This document shows positions 8,302 to 17,800 of a DNA stretch of 40,214 nucleotides, in pieces. The position numbers were made by a program, and so were the translations under genes. Origin of the DNA: Pedobacter sp. UBA2067 (GTDB taxonomy: Bacteria > Bacteroidota > Bacteroidia > Sphingobacteriales > Sphingobacteriaceae); assembly GCA_002333205.1 (NCBI GenBank), contig DDAD01000162.1:72605-112818 (forward strand), read 5' to 3'. The stretch's first letter is position 1; the number at the start of each line of letters is the position of its first letter. Below the pieces are notes generated by a model. It saw only the letters and a program-made list of their open reading frames with translations, did no database searches and was not told where the DNA came from.

Positions 8302-8879
8302 AACAATTCTTTAACTTCATCTTTTAACATAAACTGCAGCTTTTCTTTAAGCCTTGTTCTGGCGCGGTGCAGTTTAACTTTCACGGTATTGGGTTCCATT
8401 TTCAGTGCCTGCCCGATCTCCTCCAGGCTTTGTTCCCCTTTGTAAAAGAGCGTAATAATCGCGGCATCATCCGGCAACAGCTGCTCGATGGCCTGGTTCA
8501 GGTACACATAACCGGAGCGTTGTTCTATGCCGTTTGCCTGATACGATGAGATGTGGTTCTCCAATTGTATGCCACTTTCTTCATCATTGATGGAATCGGT
8601 AAGCAGCCGCTTTTTCCGCAGAAAGGTCATGGCTGTTGTATAGGTAATGGTAAACAGCCAGGTGCTGAACTTGGCGCTTTGTTTAAAAGTTCCCAGCGCG
8701 CGGTATGCCTTAACAAAGGTATCCTGCGCAATCTCTTCTGCATCTTCGCGGTTTTTAGCATAGCGCATGGCCAAAGTAAATACATAACGCTGGTGGCGTT
8801 TTACCAATTCTGCGTAAGAGGAAGTATTTCCTTCCAGAATGGTTGTAATTAATTCGTTATCGCTTAGCTTCTGCTGCAT
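8298..8879 (-). CDS. ECF-type RNA polymerase sigma-70 family factor
   Basis: Region 2 (YVFTLAMRYAKNREDAEEIAQDTFVKAYRAL) and region 4 (LPDDAAIITLFYKGEQSLEEIGQALKMEPNTVKVKLHRARTRLKE). I prefer the ATG at 8879 (MQQKLSDNELI...) over the track start at 8975, which would read through the upstream terminator. Confidence 0.85.
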   Translation of the reverse strand: MQQKLSDNELITTILEGNTSSYAELVKRHQRYVFTLAMRYAKNREDAEEIAQDTFVKAYRALGTFKQSAKFSTWLFTITYTTAMTFLRKKRLLTDSINDEESGIQLENHISSYQANGIEQRSGYVYLNQAIEQLLPDDAAIITLFYKGEQSLEEIGQALKMEPNTVKVKLHRARTRLKEKLQFMLKDEVKELL

Positions 8880-8888
8880 AGTTACCCA

Positions 8889-8918
8889 TAAGACGCGTGA
8901 TGTCCTGATCAGGTTACA
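8889..8918 (-). promoter_or_regulatory. Candidate ECF-type (autoregulated) promoter
   Basis: The minus strand reads TGTAACC-N16-CGTCTTA (AAC-N17-CGTC), resembling generic ECF -35 AAC / -10 CGTC elements. It lies directly upstream of the sigma gene and the implied leader is very short. Confidence 0.3.
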
Positions 8919-8940
8919 GCAATTTAACGATAGTTTGCAG

Positions 8941-8972
8941 CAAAAAAAAAAGGATAGCCTTAAGCTATCCTT
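8941..8972 (-). terminator. Intrinsic terminator after the 8992..9339 gene
   Basis: AGGATAGC (8951-8958) / GCTATCCT (8964-8971), followed on the minus strand by a T10 run. Confidence 0.7.
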
Positions 8973-8991
8973 CAATCGTTAAATCTGGTTC

Positions 8992-9339
8992 TTATTCTGG
9001 ATGTTTATCTATCCAGTTTTTCTCGATGGCATAAGAGATGATTAAGCCGATGCCACCAAAGATGCCCAGGAAGCCAAAGTATACGGCCACGGATTCTTCT
9101 TCTGTAAGATGATTTAGCTTGGCTACGAATAGGGCTGCGATTAGTCCGATGCCGAGCCCTACAAGCAATAAACCAAACTTGAGGCTAAGAAAAGGCTTTG
9201 GCGCTGCAACACTCTTGCTTAAGCCTGGATCCATGCCACGCTCAATCATGGCCATCTTTTCTTTGTTTGATAAATATCTGATGCCAAACACCATTGCGAA
9301 TGCACCAAGAAACATTGTGATAGGAATTAGTTCTTCCAT
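8992..9339 (-). CDS. Small multi-TM membrane protein (DUF6249-like), hypothetical
   Basis: 115 aa with three or four hydrophobic helices and a conserved-looking SNKEKMAMIERGMDPG segment. It has its own terminator. The family assignment is from memory only. Confidence 0.6.
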   Translation of the reverse strand: MEELIPITMFLGAFAMVFGIRYLSNKEKMAMIERGMDPGLSKSVAAPKPFLSLKFGLLLVGLGIGLIAALFVAKLNHLTEEESVAVYFGFLGIFGGIGLIISYAIEKNWIDKHPE

Positions 9340-9448
9340 GATATTGTGTGTTAAAAAAGGTTAAAGTAAATGAACTCTTAACAGCTGTTCTGTATACTAA
9401 GACCACATGAATTTTTAACAGGTTACAGGTAGCTCTAAAAATATTACA

Positions 9449-9967
9449 CTAAATAGCAGAGCTGTCCAGGTAGCGTTCCTTGATGATCTGGGTATGGTGC
9501 ATAATATGACCCGCAAGTACAAACAGCAATGCCCGCACACTGATGTCGCGGTTAGAGGCATTGCCCATCTGGTTTAATTCTTCCTCCTGAAGGGATTTGA
9601 ACAGAAACATATTCGAGCGCCTTAACAGCGAGAACTCTTCTGAAAAACTAATCAGGCTGCGGTCGCTGAAATGCGCATTTGCAACGTAGTCATCCTCTTC
9701 AAAGCCGGGTAGTGCTGTCTTTTCACCACGAGCAAAGCAGGTTAAACGATAGGTAAGGATTCGTTCGGTATCGATAATGTGGCCAATCAGTTGTTTGATG
9801 GTCCATTTTCCCGGAGCATAGGCATAGTCGGCCTTTTCAACGAGGTCATTAATGAAATCTGAAAATTCCGTCGCCTGACTTTCCAGGATCTGCAGCACAT
9901 CGCCATCTACATGTTTGATATAGGTCTCTGCCCATACCGGGTATTCACTAGGTTGTGGTCGGTTCAT
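9449..9967 (-). CDS. DinB-family (DinB_2) metal-dependent protein
   Basis: 172 aa with a histidine pattern typical of DinB four-helix bundles (LIGHIIDTERIL ... AGHIMHHTQII). Its start overlaps the upstream kinase gene by 20 nt. Confidence 0.75.
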   Translation of the reverse strand: MNRPQPSEYPVWAETYIKHVDGDVLQILESQATEFSDFINDLVEKADYAYAPGKWTIKQLIGHIIDTERILTYRLTCFARGEKTALPGFEEDDYVANAHFSDRSLISFSEEFSLLRRSNMFLFKSLQEEELNQMGNASNRDISVRALLFVLAGHIMHHTQIIKERYLDSSAI

Positions 9968-11159
9968 AGGTTAAACTGCTTTTTAATACAATTCTGAAAG
10001 TGGTACCTTTTCCAAGCTCGGATTCTTTGACGAAGATCTGTCCGCTATGGTAGTTCTGAATGATACGTTTGGTTAAGGAAAGCCCTAATCCCCAGCCGCG
10101 TTTACGGGTGGTATACCCAGGCTGAAACACGGCTTCGAACTTGGAGCGTGGAATACCTTTGCCGGTATCTGTGACATCGATAAAAACCTCTTCTTTGGCG
10201 AGGTGCTCAATGATGTTTACGGTAATCGTGCCCTCATTGCTGATGGCATTGGCAGCGTTCTTTAGCAGGTTCTCGATCACCCAATCGAATAGAGGCACAT
10301 TGAGCAATGCACGTACCTGATCATCTCCGGTTATCTTGAAAGTAATCTTATCTGAGGTCCGTAATTTGAAATAATCTACAAAGTTGCTGATGACTACATG
10401 CACGACGTGATCTTCCAGGATCGGTTTGGATCCAATCTTGGAGAAGCGGTCGGTGATTACCTCAAGCCGCTTGATATCATTTTCCATCTCTTCAATGAGC
10501 GGATCATTTTCTGCATTGAAACGTGCTTTCATGAGCTCTACCCAGGCCATCAAGGAAGATATTGGTGTACCCAGCTGGTGTGCTGTTTCCTTGGCCATAC
10601 CTACCCAAACCTGGTCCTGTTCTGCTTTACGTGCAGAACTGAAAGCCACATAGGCGGTAATCAGGAACAAGGCAATCACGCCAAGCTGTATGTAAGGGAA
10701 ATAACGGAGCTGTGTAAGAATGAAGGAGTCTTTATAATAGACGAGCATGTTCTCGCCCATGTAGTTGATGGGTAATGGCGCATGCTGTTCTTTCATACGC
10801 CTCAACTCGCGTTGGAAATAGGCAGGGTCGTATGTGGCATCCGACTCCGCATTCATGTAGTTGGTCTTGGTGCTGTCGAGCCGCAGGTAGGTCATGATCT
10901 TTGTGCCCGTGGTATCGGTGAGGATCACCGGCACTTTACTGCTTTGTATAATCATGTTCAGTACATCCGCGTAGCGTACATCATCGAAGATCTCGGAAGA
11001 CTTTTCGGTACCTTTAACCCAGAGTTCAAATTGGATTTTTTCTTCCCGCTCCATCTTCTTGACGAAAAAGTCGGAATAGAATACAGATGCCGTTCCAATA
11101 ACGATGGCAAAAACAAGGAGAAAGATCTTCCAGCGGCGTTTCTTTTCGTAAGGATTCAT
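9948..11159 (-). CDS. Sensor histidine kinase with two TM segments; no adjacent response regulator
   Basis: H-box AHQLGTPISSLMAWVELM, N-box LLKNAANA and G-boxes DTGKGIP / GWGLGLSLTKRII. I prefer the ATG at 11159 (MNPYEKKRRWKIFLLVF...) over the track start at 11201. Confidence 0.85.
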   Translation of the reverse strand: MNPYEKKRRWKIFLLVFAIVIGTASVFYSDFFVKKMEREEKIQFELWVKGTEKSSEIFDDVRYADVLNMIIQSSKVPVILTDTTGTKIMTYLRLDSTKTNYMNAESDATYDPAYFQRELRRMKEQHAPLPINYMGENMLVYYKDSFILTQLRYFPYIQLGVIALFLITAYVAFSSARKAEQDQVWVGMAKETAHQLGTPISSLMAWVELMKARFNAENDPLIEEMENDIKRLEVITDRFSKIGSKPILEDHVVHVVISNFVDYFKLRTSDKITFKITGDDQVRALLNVPLFDWVIENLLKNAANAISNEGTITVNIIEHLAKEEVFIDVTDTGKGIPRSKFEAVFQPGYTTRKRGWGLGLSLTKRIIQNYHSGQIFVKESELGKGTTFRIVLKSSLTYEPTTT

Positions 11160-11187
11160 AGGATAGAAACGCAAATTACAAATTATA

Positions 11188-11195
11188 TATCTTTG
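11188..11195 (+). promoter_or_regulatory. Candidate -7 promoter box for gltX
   Basis: TATCTTTG is an exact TAnnTTTG match, 10 nt before the ATG at 11206. That would imply a near-leaderless mRNA. Confidence 0.3.
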
Positions 11196-11205
11196 CAACA
11201 CAGTT

Positions 11206-12711
11206 ATGGAAAAGAAAGTAAGAGTAAGATTTGCTCCAAGTCCGACCGGAGGACTTCATTTAGGTGGTGTACGTACCGCCCTGTTTAACTATTTGTTTGC
11301 CAGGCAACATAAAGGAACCTTTATTTTGAGGGTTGAGGATACGGATCAAACGCGCTTTGTACCCGGCGCTGAAGAATATATTGCGTCCTGTTTGGCATGG
11401 TGCGGTTTGACGCCGGATGAAAGTCCTGATTTGGGTGGGCCTTTTGCGCCTTACCGTCAAAGTGAACGCAAGGCAAGTTACCGGCAATATGCTGAGCAGC
11501 TGGTTTCTAGCGGACATGCGTACTATGCTTTCGATACTCCTGAGGAACTTGATGCAAAACGCAAGGCAGCGCCGAATTTCCTTTACGGACAGGCCACAAG
11601 GATGGAAATGCGTAACTCCCTGACTTTGGATGCCGCAGCGGTACAAGCATTATTGGATGAGAACACCCCGCATGTGGTGCGCATCAAAATTCCTGAAAAC
11701 GAAACGGTTTCATTCCATGACCTGATCAGAGGCCACGTAAGTTTCGATACTAACCTGATTGATGACAAAGTTTTGCTGAAAGCAGATGGCATGCCGACCT
11801 ATCACCTGGCTGTTGTTGCGGATGACCGTGCAATGGAGATCTCACATGTTTTCAGAGGTGAAGAATGGTTGCCTTCTGCACCGATACATATTCTGCTATG
11901 GAGATACCTGGGCTGGGAAGATGAAATGCCGGCATGGGTGCATTTACCTTTAATCCTTAAACCAGATGGCAATGGAAAATTAAGTAAGCGCGATGGCGAC
12001 AGACTTGGTTTCCCGGTATACGCGCAAAACTGGACAGATCCTAAGACTGGTGATCTTACCAAAGGATTCCGTGAGCTTGGCTTTATGCCAGAGGCATTTG
12101 TGAATCTACTGGCCATGCTGGGTTGGAATGATGGTACCGATCAGGAGATCTTTAGTCTGGACGAACTGGTAGAAAAGTTCTCGCTGGAACGCATCTCCAA
12201 AGCTGGTGCGAAGTTCGACTACGAAAAAGCGAAATGGTATAACCATGAGTGGATTAAAAGGACACCTGCTATCACGCTGGCACCTGCAGTAAAAGCTGCT
12301 CTGGCTAGCGCAGGCCTTGAAATTACGGATGATGAAAATTTACACACTGTAATTGAGCTTGTTAAAGATAGATGTAATATTATCTCTGATTTTGTCACAC
12401 AATCTGGCTACTTCTTTGTTGCTCCTAAGGAATATGACGTGGCATCGGTAAAGCCGAAGTGGAACGAGCAGAAAACAGCATTCTTTGAAGCTTATGCAGA
12501 CAGTCCGATGGAAGGTACTGCACAGGAGCTTGAAGCGGAATTTAAGGCACTTGCAGCAGCGCACCAGTTAAAACCAGGTGAACTAATGTTGCCTTTTCGT
12601 GTGATGCTTGTAGGCGGTAAGTTCGGGCCGGGCGTATTTGACATTGCCATTCTATTAGGTAAAACAGAAGTAAAGAACAGAATAAAAGCGGCAGTAGCGG
12701 CGTTCATTTAA
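11206..12711 (+). CDS. gltX: Glutamate--tRNA ligase
   Basis: 501 aa. Class I HIGH region RFAPSPTGGLHLGG, KMSKS equivalent KLSKRDG, and typical GluRS body (WLPSAPIHILL, LAMLGWN). Confidence 0.95.
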   Translation: MEKKVRVRFAPSPTGGLHLGGVRTALFNYLFARQHKGTFILRVEDTDQTRFVPGAEEYIASCLAWCGLTPDESPDLGGPFAPYRQSERKASYRQYAEQLVSSGHAYYAFDTPEELDAKRKAAPNFLYGQATRMEMRNSLTLDAAAVQALLDENTPHVVRIKIPENETVSFHDLIRGHVSFDTNLIDDKVLLKADGMPTYHLAVVADDRAMEISHVFRGEEWLPSAPIHILLWRYLGWEDEMPAWVHLPLILKPDGNGKLSKRDGDRLGFPVYAQNWTDPKTGDLTKGFRELGFMPEAFVNLLAMLGWNDGTDQEIFSLDELVEKFSLERISKAGAKFDYEKAKWYNHEWIKRTPAITLAPAVKAALASAGLEITDDENLHTVIELVKDRCNIISDFVTQSGYFFVAPKEYDVASVKPKWNEQKTAFFEAYADSPMEGTAQELEAEFKALAAAHQLKPGELMLPFRVMLVGGKFGPGVFDIAILLGKTEVKNRIKAAVAAFI

Positions 12712-12720
12712 AAAACAACT

Positions 12721-13566
12721 ATGCAATGGTTCGGTAAAGGAAGCGGAAATGTAGATGACAGACGTGGTATGGGCGGAGGCGCTGCCATTGGCGGCATCGG
12801 CGGTATTGTGCTTGTTGTACTCGGACTATTGTTTGGTCAGGATTTTAGTGGACTGGTGAGTCAGTTGCCAATTGGCAATCAGGCAGTCGTAGAAGGTCGT
12901 AAAGGTGTGCCCGAAGATGCCGCAGGGCGCTGGGCATCCAACGTGTTGGCGTCTACAGAGATGGTTTGGACGGCGAAGTTTGAAGAGATGGGCCGTCAGT
13001 ATGAACCTCCTGTCCTTACGCTATTTGAGAATGGTGTTTCCACCAGCTGTGGGAACGCCAGTTCTGCTGTAGGGCCTTTTTACTGTCCTGCAGATCGGCA
13101 TGTGTACCTGGATTTAAGTTTCTACAATGAGCTGAATAACCGCTTTGGTGCATCGGGTGACTTTGCAAATGCCTACGTCATTGCGCATGAAGTGGGGCAT
13201 CACATACAGACCTTGCTGGGAATTTCCCAGAAGATGGATCGTTACCGCTCCCAGCTTTCGGAGGTGGAATTTAACAAGCTATCGGTGAAGCTTGAACTTC
13301 AGGCAGACTTCTTCGCAGGGGTCTGGGCGCATGATGCGCAGAAGCTTGGTCCGGATTTGTTTAAGCTCGAAGCCGGTGATATTGAAGAAGCACTGAATGC
13401 AGCAAACGCCATCGGCGACGATAAGCTGCAGCGACAGGCGCAGGGTGAAGTAAAGCCAGATACCTTTACCCATGGTACATCTGCACAACGTATGACTTGG
13501 TTTAAGAAGGGGTTTGAAACTGGGGATATGAGCCAGGGAGATACCTTCAATTCCGATCAGTTGTAG
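12721..13566 (+). CDS. YpfJ-like neutral zinc metallopeptidase
   Basis: 281 aa. N-terminal G-rich/TM segment, FYCPADRHVYLDLSF, and zinc site AHEVGHH followed by ELQADFFAG, typical of the YpfJ family. Confidence 0.85.
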   Translation: MQWFGKGSGNVDDRRGMGGGAAIGGIGGIVLVVLGLLFGQDFSGLVSQLPIGNQAVVEGRKGVPEDAAGRWASNVLASTEMVWTAKFEEMGRQYEPPVLTLFENGVSTSCGNASSAVGPFYCPADRHVYLDLSFYNELNNRFGASGDFANAYVIAHEVGHHIQTLLGISQKMDRYRSQLSEVEFNKLSVKLELQADFFAGVWAHDAQKLGPDLFKLEAGDIEEALNAANAIGDDKLQRQAQGEVKPDTFTHGTSAQRMTWFKKGFETGDMSQGDTFNSDQL

Positions 13567-13678
13567 ATATAAATGCCAGACAACTAAGATTTTACTTTAA
13601 CATTATAGCATAACATACAAAGTTGTATAACTTGCCTAAAAAAATATACAGCTGCCTTTAAGGCTTACTTATAAAAGA

Positions 13679-14803
13679 ATGATTCTAATCGTAGATGACA
13701 CCCCGGAGAACTTGATATCGTTAAAAAAAGTTCTTGAAAAACATGATTTTGAAGTTGATACCGCCTCTTCAGGAGAAGAAGCCCTGAGAAAGGTACTCCG
13801 AAATGAATATGTTTTGATCATCCTAGATGTACAAATGCCGGGGATGGATGGGTTTGAAGTTGCTGAAGCCATCTCGGGTTACAGCAAGGCCAAAGAAACA
13901 GCCATCATCTTCCTTTCTGCTGCAAATACGGAAACCAGGTTTATTACCAAAGGCTATTCTTCCGGAGGCCTGGATTATATTACCAAACCGGTAGATATGA
14001 GCGTCTTGCTGCTTAAGGTGAAGACCTTTTACCGGATATACGAACAAAGTAGAAAGCTGATTGAAATTCAAACCGCCTTATTGGAGGAGATTGAATACCG
14101 TAAACAAGCGGAATATAAAAAAGACGAATTCATCAGTATTGCGAGTCACGAGCTTAAAACACCTTTGACCAGTGTAAAAGGCTATGTTCAGCTGTTGGAG
14201 CGAAGCATTGATAAAGGCGATGTGGATACCGTTAAGAAGCATCTTCATAAGGCACAAACGCAACTTGAAAAGCTAAATAACCTTATTGCAGACCTGCTGG
14301 ACATCTCTAAGATCGAAAGCGGTAAGCTCAAATTCAATAAACAAAACTTCCTTATTTGCGATCTGCTCAAGAACATTGTTGAGGTAATGGCGCAATCATT
14401 TCCAGATTATAAAATTACCGTCAACGGCACTGCATCACAATGTGTATATGGTGATGAAATGCGGATTGAACAGGTCATAATCAATTTCCTGACGAACGCC
14501 ATCAAGTATTCTCCGGGTACAAGTGAGGTCATGATCAATGTACGGGAAGAGAACGACCATCTCTATGTTGGCGTACGTGATTACGGTATCGGCATTGCAC
14601 CAGACCAACAGAAAAACCTGTTTGAAAAGTTTTACCGTGTAGAAGAAACGGCACTTCATTTTCAAGGTTTGGGAATTGGTTTGTATATTTCTGCGGAGAT
14701 CATCAGAAGGCATGGCGGTAAAGTTGGCGTAGAGAGTACCATCGGTGAAGGCTCCGAGTTTTACTTTGAGATACCTTTCAACGCCCCTTCAGAAATTGAT
14801 TAA
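13679..14803 (+). CDS. Receiver-histidine kinase fusion (N-terminal REC, HisKA, HATPase_c)
   Basis: REC (ILIVDDTPEN ... ILDVQMPGMDG ... YITKP), then H-box SIASHELKTPLTSV, N-box NFLTNAIKYS and G-boxes DYGIGI / GLGIGLYIS. First gene of a tightly packed six-gene operon. Confidence 0.9.
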   Translation: MILIVDDTPENLISLKKVLEKHDFEVDTASSGEEALRKVLRNEYVLIILDVQMPGMDGFEVAEAISGYSKAKETAIIFLSAANTETRFITKGYSSGGLDYITKPVDMSVLLLKVKTFYRIYEQSRKLIEIQTALLEEIEYRKQAEYKKDEFISIASHELKTPLTSVKGYVQLLERSIDKGDVDTVKKHLHKAQTQLEKLNNLIADLLDISKIESGKLKFNKQNFLICDLLKNIVEVMAQSFPDYKITVNGTASQCVYGDEMRIEQVIINFLTNAIKYSPGTSEVMINVREENDHLYVGVRDYGIGIAPDQQKNLFEKFYRVEETALHFQGLGIGLYISAEIIRRHGGKVGVESTIGEGSEFYFEIPFNAPSEID

Positions 14804-14817
14804 TATTTAACTTTATT

Positions 14818-17800
14818 ATGCAGAAATCACTAAAAAACAACCTTCAGGTCGGTTTAGGTCTGTCTCTATTAATCTTATTTATCACATCACTCGCTTCTTT
14901 TATAAGCATACGAAATCTGGTTAAAAGCTCTGAACTTGTTGCCCATAGCAATGAGGTGATCTTTAAAACCAATCAGATTATTTCTCATCTGAAAGATGCG
15001 GAAACCGGTCAGCGGGGCTATCTGCTTACCGGGGAAGGCGTGTTTCTTGAGCCAACCAACGGTGCAAAAGCGAAAGCACTGGACCTGATTAACGAGGTTG
15101 CTGCAGAGACGAAGGATAACCCTTTTCAGCAGAAGAACCTGGAAAAGCTTCATGGTATTGTAGACCGCCGGCTGGATATGATTATGCGCCTTATTGAGGT
15201 AAGGACAAAGGGTGGCGACATTAGTGTGAATGCCCTGCTCGAAGGTAAGGATCTTATGGATGAAGCCAGGTCGATCATCAAAATGATGCAGGCTGAGGAA
15301 AATAGAATCCTGAAGTCGCGTACGGAAGAGCTAAATAAGTTTGCAGGTTATACGCCTATTCTGATCATTATTGCTGCGCTGATTTCCATCTTCATCACCA
15401 TCTACTTTTACCGTAAAGTTTACAAGGACTATTATGCCAAAATGGAACTGCAACGGGCCCTGGAAGAGAAGAACAAGGAAATTGATTACCGTATTGGGGT
15501 AATCAGGGACTTAGCCGGTCAGATTTCGTCAGGTAATTACGACATCCGCCTGGACGATCAGCAGACCGATGGTTTGGGTAGCCTGACGGGGCATTTGAAT
15601 GCCATGGCGGAGTCTCTGAAAAAATCTTTCACCCTTCTGGAAGAAAAAGAATGGCAACAGGCTGGCATTGCAACGCTAAATGATAAAATGGTTGGCGAGA
15701 AAACAGTAGCCCAACTAACCAGTGATGTTCTTGAAAATATTGTTGAGCATACGGACAGCCAGGTTGCAGCCTTTTATTTGTTTGAACATAAGGAATTACA
15801 CCTGGTAAGCAGCTTTGCCCTTGAAGGAGGACATGCTAAAGCCAAGGTTAACATCGGCGAAGGATTGGTTGGCCAGGTGGCCGACTCTGGAAAGCTAATG
15901 GTCCTGAATGATATACCACAAGATGAGCTTACGATTAGCTATACCTCTGGTGCAACTGCAGCCCGGCATGTAGTTGCGGTTCCGGTTTACCGCGATAGGG
16001 TGCTGATCGGGGTGATGGAATTTGGCTCATTAAGGGCTTACTCGCCACAGCATCTTGACTTCCTGAAAAACGTATCACATAATATCGGTATCGCCATCCA
16101 TGTTTCTCAAAACAGGAAAAAGCTACAGGAATTCCTGGAAGAAACACAGGCACAGGCTGAAGAACTACAGGCACAACATAGCGAGTTAGAAGGATTGAAC
16201 GCTGAACTGGAGGCGCAATCGCAGAAAATACAAACTTCAGAAGAAGAACTTCGCGTGCAGCAGGAAGAGCTGTTGCAAAGCAACCAGGAACTTGAAGAGC
16301 GTACGAGCCTGCTGGAAGAAAAGAACCAGATGATACAGGAGCGTCACCGCGACATTCAGCTTAAGGCAGAACAACTGGAGCAAAGCACCAAGTATAAGTC
16401 GGAATTCCTGGCCAATATGTCCCACGAGTTGCGTACGCCATTGAATTCCATTTTATTGCTTTCCAAGTTAATGTCCGAGAATAATGATCTCGACAAAGAG
16501 TACATCGAGTATGCGGAGGTAATCCAGAGCTCCGGTCAGGGGCTACTTGGCCTAATCGATGAAATACTTGACTTGTCCAAGATTGAAGCCGGTAAAATGA
16601 AGCTGGAGTTTGCGGATGTAAGCATTGGTGAAGTTGCAACCGACATGCGCTCATTGTTTAACCCACTTGCTAAAAATAAACAGCTGGATCTGCTTGTAGA
16701 GCTTGATAAAGACGTAAAAACGTTGAATACCGACAAGATGCGTTTAGAGCAGGTGCTGAAAAACCTGCTTTCCAATGCCATCAAGTTCACCACACAAGGT
16801 GAAGTTCGCCTGAGCATTTCTAAAGATGAAAGTGGGCGGAACATCCTGTTTAAGGTGACGGATACCGGTATTGGTATTCCTGAGAACAAACAAAGCCTGA
16901 TCTTTGAAGCCTTTCAACAGGCAGACGGTTCTACCCGCAGAAAATACGGCGGTACAGGCCTCGGATTATCCATCAGCCGAGAGCTTGCTAAGCTGCTGGG
17001 CGGTGAGATCGAGCTGACCAGCAAAGAAAATATTGGAAGCGAGTTTACGCTTTCGTTACCGATTGATCGTACAGCAGAAGCAGAAGAACCATCATTCGCT
17101 GAACCCGTAGTCATTAGGCAGGTTTATCCGGAGAAAGTGGCAGAAGCAGTACCTGAACGGTATACCGTGCTCAATATTCCAAAGGATGTTGAAGACGACC
17201 GGGAGGATATCAAGCAGGGCGATAAGGTGATTCTGATCATTGAAGATGATACCAACTTCGCAAAGACACTGCTAAACTTTACACGCAAGCGTGATTACAA
17301 AGGTATTGTTGCCGTACGTGGTGATGTTGGTATTGAACTAGCCAACCACTACAAACCACTTGCAATTCTGCTGGACATCCAACTGCCGGTGAAAGATGGA
17401 TGGCAAGTGATGGAAGAGCTGAAAAGCAATCCGGCTACACGCCCAATCCCGGTGCACATCATGTCATCCATGGAAGTGAAGAAAGAAAGCTTACTTCGGG
17501 GTGCAATTGATTTCATCAATAAACCAGTAGCACTGGAGCACATGAGCCAGATCTTCCAGAAGCTGGAACATGCGCTAAGCAGACATCCTAAAAAGGTGCT
17601 CATTGTAGAAGAAAATCGCCAGCACGCAGAAGCGCTGAATTACTTCCTGAGTAATTATAACATACAGACTCAGGTGGCCAACAACGTGACCGAAAGTATT
17701 GGTGCGCTGAGTAAGCAAGAAGTAGATTGCGTAATCCTGGATATGGGTGTACCAGATACAAATGCTTACGATACACTGGAAACCATCAAGAAAACGAGAG

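Noticed and set aside
8880-8975. N-terminal extensions in the ORF track: 8975 for ECF sigma, 11201 for the kinase, 25516 for the crotonase, 31856 for aspS, 6756 for TetR, 35176 for the NdpA-like gene and 1850 for the small secreted protein.
   Set aside because: The extensions start at non-ATG codons and run through terminators, promoter boxes or the preceding gene. They add sequence unlike the family N-termini. Internal ATGs give canonical N-termini.
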